From contig JBNKKI010000092.1 of the NCBI GenBank assembly GCA_050291745.1, forward strand, positions 13,103 through 77,102: a DNA stretch of 64,000 nt. Reading direction: 5' to 3'. The DNA is from Gammaproteobacteria bacterium (GTDB taxonomy: Bacteria > Pseudomonadota > Gammaproteobacteria > GCA-001735895). The position numbers and the translations under genes are program-made. The notes under the pieces are model-generated. The model was not told where the DNA came from. It ran no database searches and saw nothing but the letters and a program-made list of their open reading frames with translations. Positions 38,302-49,467 of this stretch are shown piece by piece (positions within the stretch are counted from its first letter, which is position 1; each line of letters opens with the position of its first letter).

Positions 38302-39558
38302 ATGCCGCGCATGAATTTACCTGTCGAATTGTTTATCGGATTGCGCTATACACGCGCCAAACGTCGGAATCATTTTATATCTTTTATATCGATGATTTCG
38401 ATGTTTGGTATTGCCTTGGGTGTTACGGCTTTAATTGTCGTTTTATCAGTCATGAATGGCTTTGAACAGGAGTTAAAAGGGCGAATTCTCGGCATGGTTT
38501 CCCATGTGACAGTCTCTACTTATGATAACAAACTGGCTGACTGGCAGGAATTGAGAGACCGGGTATCAGTCAATAAAGAAGTCATTGGCTCTTCTCCTTA
38601 TGTTGATGCCGAAGCTATGCTATCAAATATGGCATCTGTAAGTGGCGCTATTATCCGGGGAGTTTTACCTGAAACAGAGCCTCAGGTTTCTGAAATCCAT
38701 GAACACATGACATTTGGCAGTTTGAACGATCTGGTTGCTGGAGAATACGGCATAATTCTTGGGTCTGGATTAGCTTCTAATCTTGATGTTGTACCAGGTG
38801 ATAGAGTCACCATGATTACCCCTCAATCAACTATGTCGCCACTTGGATTTTTACCGCGTTTAAGACGTTTTAAAGTTGTCGGCGTTTTTGAGATAGGTGT
38901 TTATGAATATGATCGTAGTTCCGCCATAATTCATGCTGAAGATGCTTCAAAACTGTTTCGACTGAATGGTGCAATGAGTGGATTGCGCCTTAAGGTATCG
39001 AATATGGATGAAGCTCCAATGGTACGTCATGAACTTCGACAACAACTCGGGGTGGATTACTGGGTTTCTGACTGGACTCTTCGGCATAATAATTATTTCA
39101 AAGCTGTACGAACGGAAAAAACTGTCATGTTTGTTATTCTTTCGCTGATTGTTGCAGTGGCAGCTTTTAATATTGTTTCTACCCTCGTTATGGTGGTTAC
39201 CGATAAGCAGGCTGATATTGCAATTTTGAGGACGCTGGGATTATCACCCGGTTCTGTGACATTAGTATTTATGGTACAGGGTACTATGATAGGTTTTGTC
39301 GGTACTTTTTTCGGTTTGATAGCGGGAGTGGGGGTAGCTGCGAATATTGATGTCATTATTCCTGCTCTGGAGCATTTCTTTCATACACAATTTTTACCAT
39401 CAGGTGTTTATCCCATCACTGAACTGCCTGCTGAATTAAAGCTTTCTGATGTGATCAGGATAGGTGTTCTTTCATTTACCCTGTCTATTATTGCGACTAT
39501 CTATCCGGCTTTAAAAGCTTCTAAAACCCGACCTGCTGAGGCTTTAAGTTATGAGTGA
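38302..39558 (+). CDS. lolC: lipoprotein-release ABC transporter permease (LolC/LolE family; single copy)
   Basis: 418 aa, 4 TM with large periplasmic loop, FtsX-like C-terminal half; followed by lolD with 8 nt overlap. Confidence 0.85.
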   Translation: MPRMNLPVELFIGLRYTRAKRRNHFISFISMISMFGIALGVTALIVVLSVMNGFEQELKGRILGMVSHVTVSTYDNKLADWQELRDRVSVNKEVIGSSPYVDAEAMLSNMASVSGAIIRGVLPETEPQVSEIHEHMTFGSLNDLVAGEYGIILGSGLASNLDVVPGDRVTMITPQSTMSPLGFLPRLRRFKVVGVFEIGVYEYDRSSAIIHAEDASKLFRLNGAMSGLRLKVSNMDEAPMVRHELRQQLGVDYWVSDWTLRHNNYFKAVRTEKTVMFVILSLIVAVAAFNIVSTLVMVVTDKQADIAILRTLGLSPGSVTLVFMVQGTMIGFVGTFFGLIAGVGVAANIDVIIPALEHFFHTQFLPSGVYPITELPAELKLSDVIRIGVLSFTLSIIATIYPALKASKTRPAEALSYE

Positions 39559-40237
39559 TCTTGTGCTGGATGTTAAGGGTTTATGCAAATCTTATGAGCA
39601 GGGTAAGATTTCAGTTGATGTTTTAAATAATCTTGACCTGCAGGTTCAAAAAGGACAACGACACGCAATTATTGGAGCTTCCGGGGCCGGTAAGAGTACT
39701 TTGTTGCATTTACTGGGTGGTCTCGATCGACCAACTGCTGGCAGTATCATGGTTATGGGTAAAGCAATGGATAAACTCTCAGAGAAAAAACTGGGGTTAC
39801 TGAGAAATAAACATTTGGGTTTTATTTATCAATTCCATCATTTGCTTGCTGAATTTACAGCACTTGAAAATATCATGATGCCGCTGTTGATAAGACGAGA
39901 GTCGAAACTGGATGCAACTGAGCAGGCGATGATATTACTCCAACAGGTTGAGCTGGAAAAAAGAGCAGACCACAAACCGGGAGAATTATCTGGCGGAGAG
40001 CGTCAGCGTATTGCTTTGGCAAGAGCTCTGGTGACTCATCCTGATTGTGTTCTAGCCGATGAACCGACCGGAAATCTGGATGAAAAAACAGCATCAGCTA
40101 TGATGGATTTAATGTTGAATTTGAATGAATTACATCATACTTCACTAGTCATTGTAACACATGATATGTCTATCTCCCGCAGCATGGAATATCAATGGGA
40201 AATGCATGATGGCAAGCTTATTGGATCTGACCAATAG
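39551..40237 (+). CDS. lolD: lipoprotein-release ABC transporter ATPase LolD
   Basis: Walker A GASGAGKST, signature LSGGERQRIA, Walker B VLADEPTGNLD. Confidence 0.9.
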   Translation: MSDLVLDVKGLCKSYEQGKISVDVLNNLDLQVQKGQRHAIIGASGAGKSTLLHLLGGLDRPTAGSIMVMGKAMDKLSEKKLGLLRNKHLGFIYQFHHLLAEFTALENIMMPLLIRRESKLDATEQAMILLQQVELEKRADHKPGELSGGERQRIALARALVTHPDCVLADEPTGNLDEKTASAMMDLMLNLNELHHTSLVIVTHDMSISRSMEYQWEMHDGKLIGSDQ

Positions 40238-40337
40238 GCCGCAAATTTGCTGAGTAATGTTACCAGCGTGATAAATATAGATTTAAGCTATCCCTGAATA
40301 ATTTTTATTGTTATTTTCCGGGTAAGATAAGATACAT

Positions 40338-40859
40338 TCAGGGACAGTTACATCTTTGTTTACGCTTTTGCATTTGTCTCCAGATCATGTAACGCCAGAA
40401 TAGTCTAACAAATATATAGCCCAGTAATGCAGAGGTTGAAGCCACGACCAGGCAGCCAAGCAGAAAAGGTTGCCAGATTAATTGCAGTTCATTAGCCAGC
40501 CATGTAAATGACAGTTCAAAATTAAAATCCCGGGTGGCAGTATCAAGTATTGATACACCGACGATATAACAAAAATAAAATAGGGGTGGTATGGTTATCG
40601 GGTTACTAACCCAGACCATGGGAACAGAAATAAGTATATTAACCCGAAAAAGGATGGCAGCTACAGCAGCCAGTAACATCTGGAATGGTACGGGTATGAA
40701 AGCGCAAAATAAACCAACAGCAACAGCACCAGAAACTGATCGGCGATTAACATGCCAGATGCCTGGATCCTGAAGTTTTGGTCCCAGTTTCCTGATATAG
40801 CGGTTTTCAGTTATGCTCGAAGGGTGTGGCATAAACTTCCTGATAATTTTTCTGGGCAT
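40338..40859 (-). CDS. DUF2062-family membrane protein
   Basis: 173 aa, N-terminal basic region then 3 TM; conserved position between lolCD and comEC in other Gammaproteobacteria. Confidence 0.55.
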   Translation of the reverse strand: MPRKIIRKFMPHPSSITENRYIRKLGPKLQDPGIWHVNRRSVSGAVAVGLFCAFIPVPFQMLLAAVAAILFRVNILISVPMVWVSNPITIPPLFYFCYIVGVSILDTATRDFNFELSFTWLANELQLIWQPFLLGCLVVASTSALLGYIFVRLFWRYMIWRQMQKRKQRCNCP

Positions 40860-40910
40860 ATCTCGATTGTAATTTATAGTAATTTCTATTAAGTTACTTT
40901 CTCCTGAATA

Positions 40911-43205
40911 ATGGGAAAGGGACTTATGCTTAAAACTGGGATCGTTGTCTTAATTGCTACAGTGGTAGCCTGTTATTCTCCATATCTCATCGATCGTTTC
41001 TGGGTATCGTTTCTTCCAGTAAGTCTATTTATTTCTTTAGTAAATCCGCGAATAAGATTGACTGGTTTGTTCATGAGTTGTTTTCTATGGACTACTGCAG
41101 TTATTTACTGGCAGCTAGATCATCGTCTTAATTCGGACATGAATAATAAAAGAGTTGTTGCTGTTGGGGAAGTTATAAATATCCCTAAAACCTCACCTAC
41201 ATCAACTAATTTTCTGTTTAAGCCTGTTTCTATTGAAGGATATAATAGTCACTATCCACAAAAAATCAGGCTTAACTGGAGAAATGCACCTGAAACTTTA
41301 AAGCCTGGTCAGTTTTGGCAATTACAGATAAAACTAAAACAACCACATGGGTTTCAAAATCCTGGTGGTTTCGATTATGAACGATGGATGTTTGTCCGTG
41401 GAATCCAGGCAAGGGGCTATGTGCTGGATTCAGAGTTGAATGAATTACAGAAAACGACTTGGTTTTCACTCAATTCTCTACGTAATCATTTAAAAAAGCA
41501 TATTGAAAAGTCCTGTCTGGGCTGTAATCACATAGGCTTGATAGAAGCGTTAGCGATTGGTTTCAGGGGCGATATTTCTATGCAAACCAGAAATTTATTG
41601 AGTCAGACTGGAACTGCTCATTTAATAGCTGTATCAGGTTTACATATAGGTATTGTATCAACCGCTTTCTACTATATGGGATTATTGCTCTGGTCTAAAT
41701 TATTATATGCAGGAAGATTAAAGAGAAAGGAAATCGCATTACTGCTGGCCTGGTTTGGTGGTTTAAGTTATAGCCTGCTATCAGGCTTTGATTTACCAGC
41801 TCAGCGCGCCATGATTATGTTGACTGTTGTTCTATTCAGTCTTTATGTCAGATCTCCATTTAACCTGTTAAATAGCATTGCAAGTGCGCTTGTGATCGTT
41901 CTTCTTATTTTTCCTCTTGCGGTTTTATCGGAATCATTCTGGCTGACATTCAGCGCATTGATGATTATTTCTTTTGGTAGTTTTTTACTGCAATTGCAAA
42001 CTTCCCGTTTAAAACAACTGGTGATTATCCAGATTTTATTTTCAGTGCTTTTTATTCCTTTAAGCGTTTATATATTTGGTCAGATTCATGTTGCCAGTAT
42101 GGCCGCTAATTTAATAGCTGTTCCATTTATTAGTTTTATCATAGTGCCATTTAATTTTGTTTTGCTGTTATTTTTCTGGTTACCTGATCAATTGTTACAG
42201 CTTATGTATCGTTTTTTGGACAATATGTTAAATGTATTGATCCAATATCTTGAATGGTTACAGGATAATGGTTTAGCTGCCATCCAAGTTGCTGATATTG
42301 AGGGCTGGAAGCTTATCCTGTTATTAATATTGACTGTATTACTGCTAATGCCCAGAGGATTTGTTTCCAGGGCAGTGATTTTATTTTTGTTACCACCAGT
42401 GTTTTTGTGGAATCTGCATCCATTATCAGCTGCACAGTTTAAAATGACCGTTCTGGATGTGGGCATGGGAACTTCAGTGGTTATTCAAACACATAACCAT
42501 AGTTTGATCTACGATTTCGGACCAGGTAATAGACAGGGTTTTAGTCTAGGCAAATGGGTAGTATTACCCTATATGTTTTCGGAAGGTATTGATGCACCAG
42601 ACCGAATCGTGCTTAGTCATGCTGACCAGGATCATTCCGGTGGCTTTTATGCGGTGCAGGAAAGCTATCAGAATATTCCAGTTTTTTCGGGCACCCCTTT
42701 TGAGGTAAAGCGAAGTTTCCCTAATTTGAAATATATTCGAAATTGTCATGACACAATGAGCTGGATGTGGGATGGTGTTAAATTTGAATTTATCGGTAAT
42801 CAACCAGTACAGTCATCTAAAAATAATCGCTCATGTGTATTAAAAATTTCAATCAATAACAAAAGTGTTTTACTGGCGGGAGATATTGAACACGAAAGGG
42901 AAAGTCAGCTGGTTAAGGAAACTAAGAATAATCTCAGATCTACGTTTCTCGTGGTACCTCACCATGGTAGCGATAGATCATCCTCGAAAGAATTTATTGC
43001 TTCAGTCAGTGCTCATTACATATTGTTTACGACAGGATATTTAAATATGTGGCATTTTCCACGACAGGAAATTGTACAGAGATATAAAAAAACAGGTGCA
43101 AACACTCTGCAAACAGATAAAACTGGAGCTATTCAGATCATTTGTTCTTCAGATAAATGTGAAATAGAAAAATTTCGTAGCAAGCATCCGCGAGTATGGT
43201 ACTGA
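40911..43205 (+). CDS. comEC: DNA internalization-related competence protein ComEC/Rec2 (with C-terminal metallo-beta-lactamase domain)
   Basis: 764 aa, N-terminal DUF4131-like TMs, competence core (AHLIAVSGLHIG), C-terminal MBL HxHxDH (LSHADQDHSGG). Confidence 0.9.
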   Translation: MGKGLMLKTGIVVLIATVVACYSPYLIDRFWVSFLPVSLFISLVNPRIRLTGLFMSCFLWTTAVIYWQLDHRLNSDMNNKRVVAVGEVINIPKTSPTSTNFLFKPVSIEGYNSHYPQKIRLNWRNAPETLKPGQFWQLQIKLKQPHGFQNPGGFDYERWMFVRGIQARGYVLDSELNELQKTTWFSLNSLRNHLKKHIEKSCLGCNHIGLIEALAIGFRGDISMQTRNLLSQTGTAHLIAVSGLHIGIVSTAFYYMGLLLWSKLLYAGRLKRKEIALLLAWFGGLSYSLLSGFDLPAQRAMIMLTVVLFSLYVRSPFNLLNSIASALVIVLLIFPLAVLSESFWLTFSALMIISFGSFLLQLQTSRLKQLVIIQILFSVLFIPLSVYIFGQIHVASMAANLIAVPFISFIIVPFNFVLLLFFWLPDQLLQLMYRFLDNMLNVLIQYLEWLQDNGLAAIQVADIEGWKLILLLILTVLLLMPRGFVSRAVILFLLPPVFLWNLHPLSAAQFKMTVLDVGMGTSVVIQTHNHSLIYDFGPGNRQGFSLGKWVVLPYMFSEGIDAPDRIVLSHADQDHSGGFYAVQESYQNIPVFSGTPFEVKRSFPNLKYIRNCHDTMSWMWDGVKFEFIGNQPVQSSKNNRSCVLKISINNKSVLLAGDIEHERESQLVKETKNNLRSTFLVVPHHGSDRSSSKEFIASVSAHYILFTTGYLNMWHFPRQEIVQRYKKTGANTLQTDKTGAIQIICSSDKCEIEKFRSKHPRVWY

Positions 43206-43295
43206 CAAACACACTCTTTATCAGTATTATGCCGTTTCACTTTTTAGGGGCGAGTAAATGGCTTGCCACTTTTGAATTTTTTCCAGGAGATAAAT

Positions 43296-43928
43296 GTGCT
43301 AGAACTGTTTCAGGCAGGTGGATTCTTAATGTATCCGATTCTGCTATGTTCAATCTTTGCTGCAGGCATTATTGCAGAACGTTTGTGGACATTGCAGACT
43401 AAAAAAGTTATACCTCAGCAACTTATGACGGGTATCTGGAATTTATTAGAGAAAAATCAACTAACTGATAAAAATATTCTCGAAATTGAACGTGGCTCTC
43501 CTTTGGGGAAAGTTTTAGCAGCCGGATTAATTAATCGCCATCTTACCAGAGAGCTGGTACGTGAAAGTATTGAAGAAACAGGTCGTTTTGTAACCCATGA
43601 TCTGGAAAAATTTCTAAATACACTAGGTACAATTTCTACCATAACACCTCTTCTGGGATTACTGGGTACTGTCATAGGAATGATTAAGGTATTTACCGCT
43701 ATCACCACTGTTGGAGTAGGTGATCCTACAGTATTGGCCGGTGGTATTTCTGAAGCATTAATTACCACAGCAGCCGGATTGAGTGTCGCTATTCCAAGTC
43801 TTATTTTTTACCGTTTCCTGAAACGTAAGATTGATGAGCTTATAGTCGGCATGGAACAGGAAGCTATGAAACTGGTTGAAGTATTACATGGCGAACGTAA
43901 AGTAAACTCCAGTAAGAAGGCTTCATAA
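43296..43928 (+). CDS. exbB: MotA/TolQ/ExbB-family proton-channel protein (start reassigned to GTG after AGGAGA)
   Basis: 3 TM, conserved C-terminal ...GLLGTVIGMI...ALITTAAGL; the annotated start is TTG at 43263. Confidence 0.8.
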   Translation: MLELFQAGGFLMYPILLCSIFAAGIIAERLWTLQTKKVIPQQLMTGIWNLLEKNQLTDKNILEIERGSPLGKVLAAGLINRHLTRELVRESIEETGRFVTHDLEKFLNTLGTISTITPLLGLLGTVIGMIKVFTAITTVGVGDPTVLAGGISEALITTAAGLSVAIPSLIFYRFLKRKIDELIVGMEQEAMKLVEVLHGERKVNSSKKAS

Positions 43929-43929
43929 G

Positions 43930-44346
43930 ATGCAATTTCGAACACAGGCTCAGGAAGATGAAACCAGTGTAAACCTGACACCTTTGATTGATGTCGTTTT
44001 TTTACTACTTATCTTTTTTATGGTTTCAACAACCTTCGATAAAAATTCAGAATTAAAAATCAATTTACCTGAAGCTTCCGCTAATGAGAATGTGGAGCAG
44101 AATAAAATGATTATTATGATTGATACAGAGGGTAATTTTTATATCAATAGTAAAAGACTTAAAAATCAGTCTGCAGAGTTATTACTGGTCGAATTACATC
44201 GCTTAATCGGCAGTAAAAAAGAAACACCGGTCATTATACAGTCCGATGCAAAGTCCCCTGTACAATCTCTGGTAACTGCAATGGATATTGTCGGTCAGAT
44301 GGGCTTAACACACCTCTCTATTGCTACTACAAAATCGACCCAATAA
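43930..44346 (+). CDS. exbD: ExbD/TolR-family biopolymer transport protein
   Basis: 138 aa, single N-terminal TM (INLTPLIDVVFLLLIFFMV), periplasmic domain. Confidence 0.85.
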   Translation: MQFRTQAQEDETSVNLTPLIDVVFLLLIFFMVSTTFDKNSELKINLPEASANENVEQNKMIIMIDTEGNFYINSKRLKNQSAELLLVELHRLIGSKKETPVIIQSDAKSPVQSLVTAMDIVGQMGLTHLSIATTKSTQ

Positions 44347-44364
44347 GTCTTTCAGGGGATTAAT

Positions 44365-46140
44365 TTGCAACCATTAGATCAAAAACTCTCCGGGAAAAAA
44401 GCCTATAAAGCTTTGGTTATCATGGCTTTAGAGTTTAGATCCTATTTTTTTCTAGCGATTATCGGGATGATTGTTTTTGCTCTTTCCGAGGCATCTTTTG
44501 CGTATTTAATGAAACCAATGCTGGATGAGGGATTTATCAATCGAGATGAATTTATTCTTAAAATCATACCTTTTGCTATCGTATTGATATTTATTGTTCG
44601 CATGGTGGCTTCTTTCGTACGAACTTATTGTATGGCATTTATAGGGCGTCAGGTTATCAATAAGCTGCGTAATCAAATGTTTGACAAGCTGTTGACCATG
44701 TCTACGACTGAATATGATAAAGCTTCCAGCGGTTCCATCATAACCAGATTTTCATTTGATATTGAACAGATAGCAGCCTCGGTATCAACAGCTTTAACGA
44801 CTTTTATTCAGGATTCGTTGCGGATTGTTGTATTGATGAGTTATATGCTCTGGTTAAGCTGGCAATTATCCGCAATTTTTCTAACTGTTGGCCCGTTAGT
44901 ATTTTTTATTGTGGTAAAAGTATCCGGACGGTTTAGAAAAATCAGTAAGAATATACAAAAATCCATGGGAGAAGTCTCACATATTTCTCAGGAAGTGATT
45001 GATTCTAACAGGGTAGTGAAAATATTTGGTGGTGAACAATTCGAATCGAAAAAATTTGCAGTAATAAATCAGAAAAATCTCAGGCTAAATCTGAAATTGA
45101 CCACTGCCCAGGCAATCAGTATGCCACTAATCCAGCTGATTGTTGCGGTTGCCTTTGCTGTTATTATCGCTTTTGCTACTTCAGACTCGATGCAAAATCA
45201 TATTACCTCCGGCGATTTTATTTCTTTCATATTCGCATTAACCAGTCTATTACAGCCTATGCGTAGTCTGTCAACTGTGAATGAAAAAATTCAAAAGGGA
45301 ATAGCGGCTGGTGAATCTGTATTTGAATTTCTGGCTAAACCTGAAGAACAAGACAATGGTTCTAAACATATCGAAAAAGCCAGCGGTATGCTTGAGTTTA
45401 AACAAATAACATTTAGTTATCCGGAGCATGAAAATAAGGTACTGGATAATGTCAATTTTAAAGTTTATCCAGGCCAAACTATTGCTATAGTCGGACGCTC
45501 AGGCAGTGGTAAATCAACTCTGGCTAATTTATTACCACGTCTGTATGAATTGACTGATGGTCAAATTATTATGGATGATTTCGATATACGCGACTATACA
45601 CTGGCCGATCTTCGCAGACAGATTGCCTATGTTGGACAGGATGTGCGCTTATTCAACGATACTATAAGAAATAATATTGCCTATGGCGTGTTAAATGGCG
45701 CTGATGAATCATTAATTATTGATGCTGCCAAACAGTCATATGCCTGGGAATTTATTCAAAGAATGCCTCAGGGTCTGGATACAGTGGTTGGTGAGAAAGG
45801 GGTTTTACTGTCTGGTGGACAACGACAGCGACTGGCTATTGCAAGGGCTTTATTAAAAGATTCCCCTATTCTTATTCTGGATGAAGCTACATCTGCGCTG
45901 GATACTGAATCTGAGCGTCATATACAATATGCGATTCAAAACTTGATTACAAATCGTACAACACTGGTTATAGCGCATCGTTTATCTACTATAGAGCATG
46001 CTGATTTAATTCTGGTTTTGCAGGATGGTGTTATAGTAGAGCAGGGCAATCATCGTGAATTAATTGAAATTGATGGTATTTATGGTCGATTACATGCTAT
46101 GCAATTTGCCGATGAAAAACCTACTGTTATTGAAAACTGA
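44365..46140 (+). CDS. msbA: lipid A export ABC transporter MsbA
   Basis: 6 TM plus NBD (Walker A GRSGSGKST, LSGGQRQRLAIARAL, ILDEATSALD); followed by lpxK and kdsB as in E. coli. Confidence 0.9.
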   Translation: MQPLDQKLSGKKAYKALVIMALEFRSYFFLAIIGMIVFALSEASFAYLMKPMLDEGFINRDEFILKIIPFAIVLIFIVRMVASFVRTYCMAFIGRQVINKLRNQMFDKLLTMSTTEYDKASSGSIITRFSFDIEQIAASVSTALTTFIQDSLRIVVLMSYMLWLSWQLSAIFLTVGPLVFFIVVKVSGRFRKISKNIQKSMGEVSHISQEVIDSNRVVKIFGGEQFESKKFAVINQKNLRLNLKLTTAQAISMPLIQLIVAVAFAVIIAFATSDSMQNHITSGDFISFIFALTSLLQPMRSLSTVNEKIQKGIAAGESVFEFLAKPEEQDNGSKHIEKASGMLEFKQITFSYPEHENKVLDNVNFKVYPGQTIAIVGRSGSGKSTLANLLPRLYELTDGQIIMDDFDIRDYTLADLRRQIAYVGQDVRLFNDTIRNNIAYGVLNGADESLIIDAAKQSYAWEFIQRMPQGLDTVVGEKGVLLSGGQRQRLAIARALLKDSPILILDEATSALDTESERHIQYAIQNLITNRTTLVIAHRLSTIEHADLILVLQDGVIVEQGNHRELIEIDGIYGRLHAMQFADEKPTVIEN

Positions 46141-46157
46141 TTTAATACATTTAAATA

Positions 46158-47138
46158 ATGTCGCTGTCTACTAGACAAACAGGCTGGTGGTTATGGAGTT
46201 ATAACCCTGTTTCCCTGATTTTATGGCCATTTTCATTACTCTTTTGCCTATTGGTAAAAATTCGCTTTCAACTTTATCGTTGGCAATTGCTGAAAAGTGA
46301 AAAACTACCCATTCCTGTCATAGTCGTGGGTAATATATCTTTAGGAGGTAATGGTAAAACTCCCTTCGTAGTCAGTCTGGTTAAATTTTTACAACGACAT
46401 AATTATAACCCCGCCATTCTAACTCGAGGTTATAAAAGTGATCATGAACAGGAAACAACGATTCTCAGTCAGGGGCTGATATCGAATCGAGCAGGTGATG
46501 AAGCAAATATGTTATCTGAACTCTGTGCCTGTCCTGTGGGAGTAGGTGCTAACAGGGTTAGTTCAGCAACCGCTTTAATCGAACAATTTCCACAGATCAA
46601 TATCCTGGTTACCGATGATGGACTGCAACATTACGCTTTACAACGGGATTTAGAAATTATTGTACAACGTAAAGCAGCTTATGGTAATGGTTTCTGTTTA
46701 CCGGCGGGACCACTAAGAGAAGCGCGAAGTCGATTACAGAATTCTGATCTGGTGGTTGATCGTGATGGACATGATTTGAGCGAAACATTGACTAGCTGCT
46801 GGAATTTGAATCATCCCGAACAGGTTTGTGAATTAACTGATTTTAAACAGCAGAAAGTCAATGCTCTGGCAGGCATAGGTTTTCCGGAACTTTTTTTCGA
46901 ACTCTTGCGCAAATATGGGTTGCAGGTGAATGGTAGATCTTTTCGTGATCATGAAACTTTTACCCGACAGGATTTACTTGAGTTTAAAGATGCACCATTA
47001 TTGGTTACTCATAAAGATGCTGTAAAATTACGACCTTTCGCCACCGATAATATTTGGGTGGTTCCACTCGAATTAATCCTGTCAGATGATTTACAATGTC
47101 GTCTGTTAACACTTATAGAGTTAAAACTAAATGGATAA
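46158..47138 (+). CDS. lpxK: tetraacyldisaccharide 4'-kinase LpxK
   Basis: [15 protein letters not shown]-loop, about 326 aa; synteny msbA-lpxK. Confidence 0.9.
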   Translation: MSLSTRQTGWWLWSYNPVSLILWPFSLLFCLLVKIRFQLYRWQLLKSEKLPIPVIVVGNISLGGNGKTPFVVSLVKFLQRHNYNPAILTRGYKSDHEQETTILSQGLISNRAGDEANMLSELCACPVGVGANRVSSATALIEQFPQINILVTDDGLQHYALQRDLEIIVQRKAAYGNGFCLPAGPLREARSRLQNSDLVVDRDGHDLSETLTSCWNLNHPEQVCELTDFKQQKVNALAGIGFPELFFELLRKYGLQVNGRSFRDHETFTRQDLLEFKDAPLLVTHKDAVKLRPFATDNIWVVPLELILSDDLQCRLLTLIELKLNG

Positions 47139-47316
47139 ACATTTATTAGATATTTTAGTTGATCCGGTCACTAAGGGGCCGTTGACTTACGATAAAAAAA
47201 ATCAGGAATTACTATCCCGTAGTTCCCGTCTGGCTTATCCCATTCGTGATGGCATACCGGTTATGCTGCCGGAAGAAGCCCGTGAAATGACTGCTGAAGA
47301 AGTCGAAAAGTTTTGA
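47131..47316 (+). CDS. ycaR: Trm112/YcaR-family small protein (DUF343)
   Basis: 61 aa, [14 protein letters not shown]...IRDGIPVML; conserved position between lpxK and kdsB. Confidence 0.8.
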   Translation: MDKHLLDILVDPVTKGPLTYDKKNQELLSRSSRLAYPIRDGIPVMLPEEAREMTAEEVEKF

Positions 47317-48056
47317 TCAATAATAAATTTAAAGTTGTTATACCTGCACGTTATGCCTCCACCCGGTTGCCAGGTAAACCTTTAATCAATATTCTGGGTA
47401 AACCTATGATCGAGTGGGTTTATCAGGCTGCAATTGCCAGTGAAGCTCAACAGGTGATAGTAGCAACTGACGATGAACGTATTAAATCAGCCGTTGAATC
47501 ATTCGGTGGACAATGCTGTAAAACTTCAAATGATCACCAGACAGGAACTGATCGTATAGTTGAAGTGACCGAGTTGATGGAATGGTCGGATGAAGAGATC
47601 ATAGTTAATCTACAGGGTGACGAACCATTAATGCCGGCAGAAAATTTGACTCAGGTTGCTAATAATCTGGTTAAATCTGGATATGAAATGGCTACCTTGC
47701 ATAAACAAGTTACCTCATTAGCCGCAGATGACCCGAATCTGGTTAAGCTGGTCAGTGATAAAAATGGCAGGGCTTTATATTTTAGTCGCAGTAAGATTCC
47801 ATTTGAGAGAGAATTTCCACAGGTTAGTTACACTGGTCATATAGGCCTTTATGCTTATCGAGTTGGTTTTTTAAGAAAATATGCCTGCTTAAAGCCCTGT
47901 ATGTTAGAGCAAAGTGAAAAGCTGGAACAACTTCGAGCTCTTTATTATGGCTTTAATATTCATACTGAGCAGGCAATAAAATTACCGGGAATCGGTGTTG
48001 ATACTGAACAGGACCTGATACAGGTGACAAAACAATTAGAAAAAATGAATCAATGA
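47313..48056 (+). CDS. kdsB: 3-deoxy-manno-octulosonate cytidylyltransferase KdsB
   Basis: N-terminal [16 protein letters not shown], 247 aa. Confidence 0.9.
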   Translation: MINNKFKVVIPARYASTRLPGKPLINILGKPMIEWVYQAAIASEAQQVIVATDDERIKSAVESFGGQCCKTSNDHQTGTDRIVEVTELMEWSDEEIIVNLQGDEPLMPAENLTQVANNLVKSGYEMATLHKQVTSLAADDPNLVKLVSDKNGRALYFSRSKIPFEREFPQVSYTGHIGLYAYRVGFLRKYACLKPCMLEQSEKLEQLRALYYGFNIHTEQAIKLPGIGVDTEQDLIQVTKQLEKMNQ

Positions 48057-48649
48057 AATATCAATGGAAAGTTATCAATCACGAAATCATCTTCCAGGGT
48101 TATTTTCGGATGGAAAAATATGAACTTCAGCATGAGAAATATGCTGGAGGATGGACTGACACTTTTCAACGTGAAATATTTGAAAGGGGTTCAGCTGTCG
48201 CTGTTTTACCTTATGACCCGATTCTTGACAGAGTTGTATTAATTGAACAATTCAGAGTTGGCGGTATTGGTACGATAGATCCACCCTGGATGAAAGAAAT
48301 TGTCGCAGGCATTATCGAACCAGGCGAAACTCACCAGGATGTGGCCGAACGAGAGACTCTGGAAGAGGCTGGCTGCCATATAAAACAACTGGAAAAAATC
48401 ACCCAATTTTATGTTAGCCCGGGCGGTACCACTGAGCAATGTATTTTATTTTGTGGTCGGGTAGATAGTAAAGATGTTGGCGGTATTTATGGGCTTGATC
48501 ATGAATTTGAAGATATTCAGGTAGAAAGCGTCGATTTAAAGCAGGCTGAAGCCTGGTTACAGGATGGTACAATCAGTTCAGCCCCCAGTATTATTGCATT
48601 GCAATGGTTACTTTTGAACAGAGATCGATTACGCAAGGAATGGATATGA
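48053..48649 (+). CDS. nudF: ADP-ribose pyrophosphatase (Nudix hydrolase NudF-like)
   Basis: Nudix box GIIEPGETHQDVAERETLEEAG. Confidence 0.8.
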   Translation: MKYQWKVINHEIIFQGYFRMEKYELQHEKYAGGWTDTFQREIFERGSAVAVLPYDPILDRVVLIEQFRVGGIGTIDPPWMKEIVAGIIEPGETHQDVAERETLEEAGCHIKQLEKITQFYVSPGGTTEQCILFCGRVDSKDVGGIYGLDHEFEDIQVESVDLKQAEAWLQDGTISSAPSIIALQWLLLNRDRLRKEWI

Positions 48650-48689
48650 CAGTATCACTGAATAGCTTAAACTTACTCAGGAAAATATT

Positions 48690-49463
48690 TTGGAATTAGG
48701 CGGTTTTTCTATAGAAATCCTGCTTTTTTTAATCAGCATTTCAATTATTGCCGGACTCCTTGATACGCTGGCGGGTGGTGGTGGCTTACTGTCATTACCG
48801 GCACTCATTGTCAGTGGTATTCCGCCACTGGCCGCTTTGGGAACCAATAAATTACAGGGTAGTATGGGTACGGCGACAGCAACATTGATGATGTTTAGGA
48901 AGAGGAAAGTTCATTTTCAGGATGTGAAGTTGTTAATGCTTTCTGCCTTTATAGGGTCTGCGGCGGGGTCGATTGCAGTTCAATTTATGGATACTGAATT
49001 ACTGAATTTTATTGTGCCTGGAATTCTTATCCTGATTGCTATTTATTTTCTGTTATCTCCCAGAGCCAATGAGATTGAGACTAAGCAAAAAATATCACAA
49101 AAAAAATATCAAACACTGATTGTACCTGCTATAGGCTGGTATGACGGTATGTTTGGACCAGGGACAGGGTCTTTTTTTGCGCTTGCTGGTGTCTCACTTC
49201 AGGGTTATGGTTTAATAAATTCAACAGCTATTGCTAAATCACTTAATTTTTCAACCAATTTTGCATCCTTAGTGATTTTCCTGATGGCTGGCAAAGTAGT
49301 CTGGATTGTTGGATTACTCATGATGTTAGGGCAATTTATAGGTGCCTGGATCGGCTCTCATTTATTATTTAAAATTAACCCTCAAATTCTCAAATTTATC
49401 ATTGTTATCATGTGCCTTGGAATGCTGTTCAGGTATTTTCTTGAAAAAGGATGGATCAGCTAA
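48690..49463 (+). CDS. TauE/SafE-family (DUF81) membrane permease
   Basis: 257 aa, 7-8 TM with duplicated halves and the ...LGTNKLQG... region. Confidence 0.65.
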   Translation: MELGGFSIEILLFLISISIIAGLLDTLAGGGGLLSLPALIVSGIPPLAALGTNKLQGSMGTATATLMMFRKRKVHFQDVKLLMLSAFIGSAAGSIAVQFMDTELLNFIVPGILILIAIYFLLSPRANEIETKQKISQKKYQTLIVPAIGWYDGMFGPGTGSFFALAGVSLQGYGLINSTAIAKSLNFSTNFASLVIFLMAGKVVWIVGLLMMLGQFIGAWIGSHLLFKINPQILKFIIVIMCLGMLFRYFLEKGWIS

Positions 49464-49467
49464 GTTC

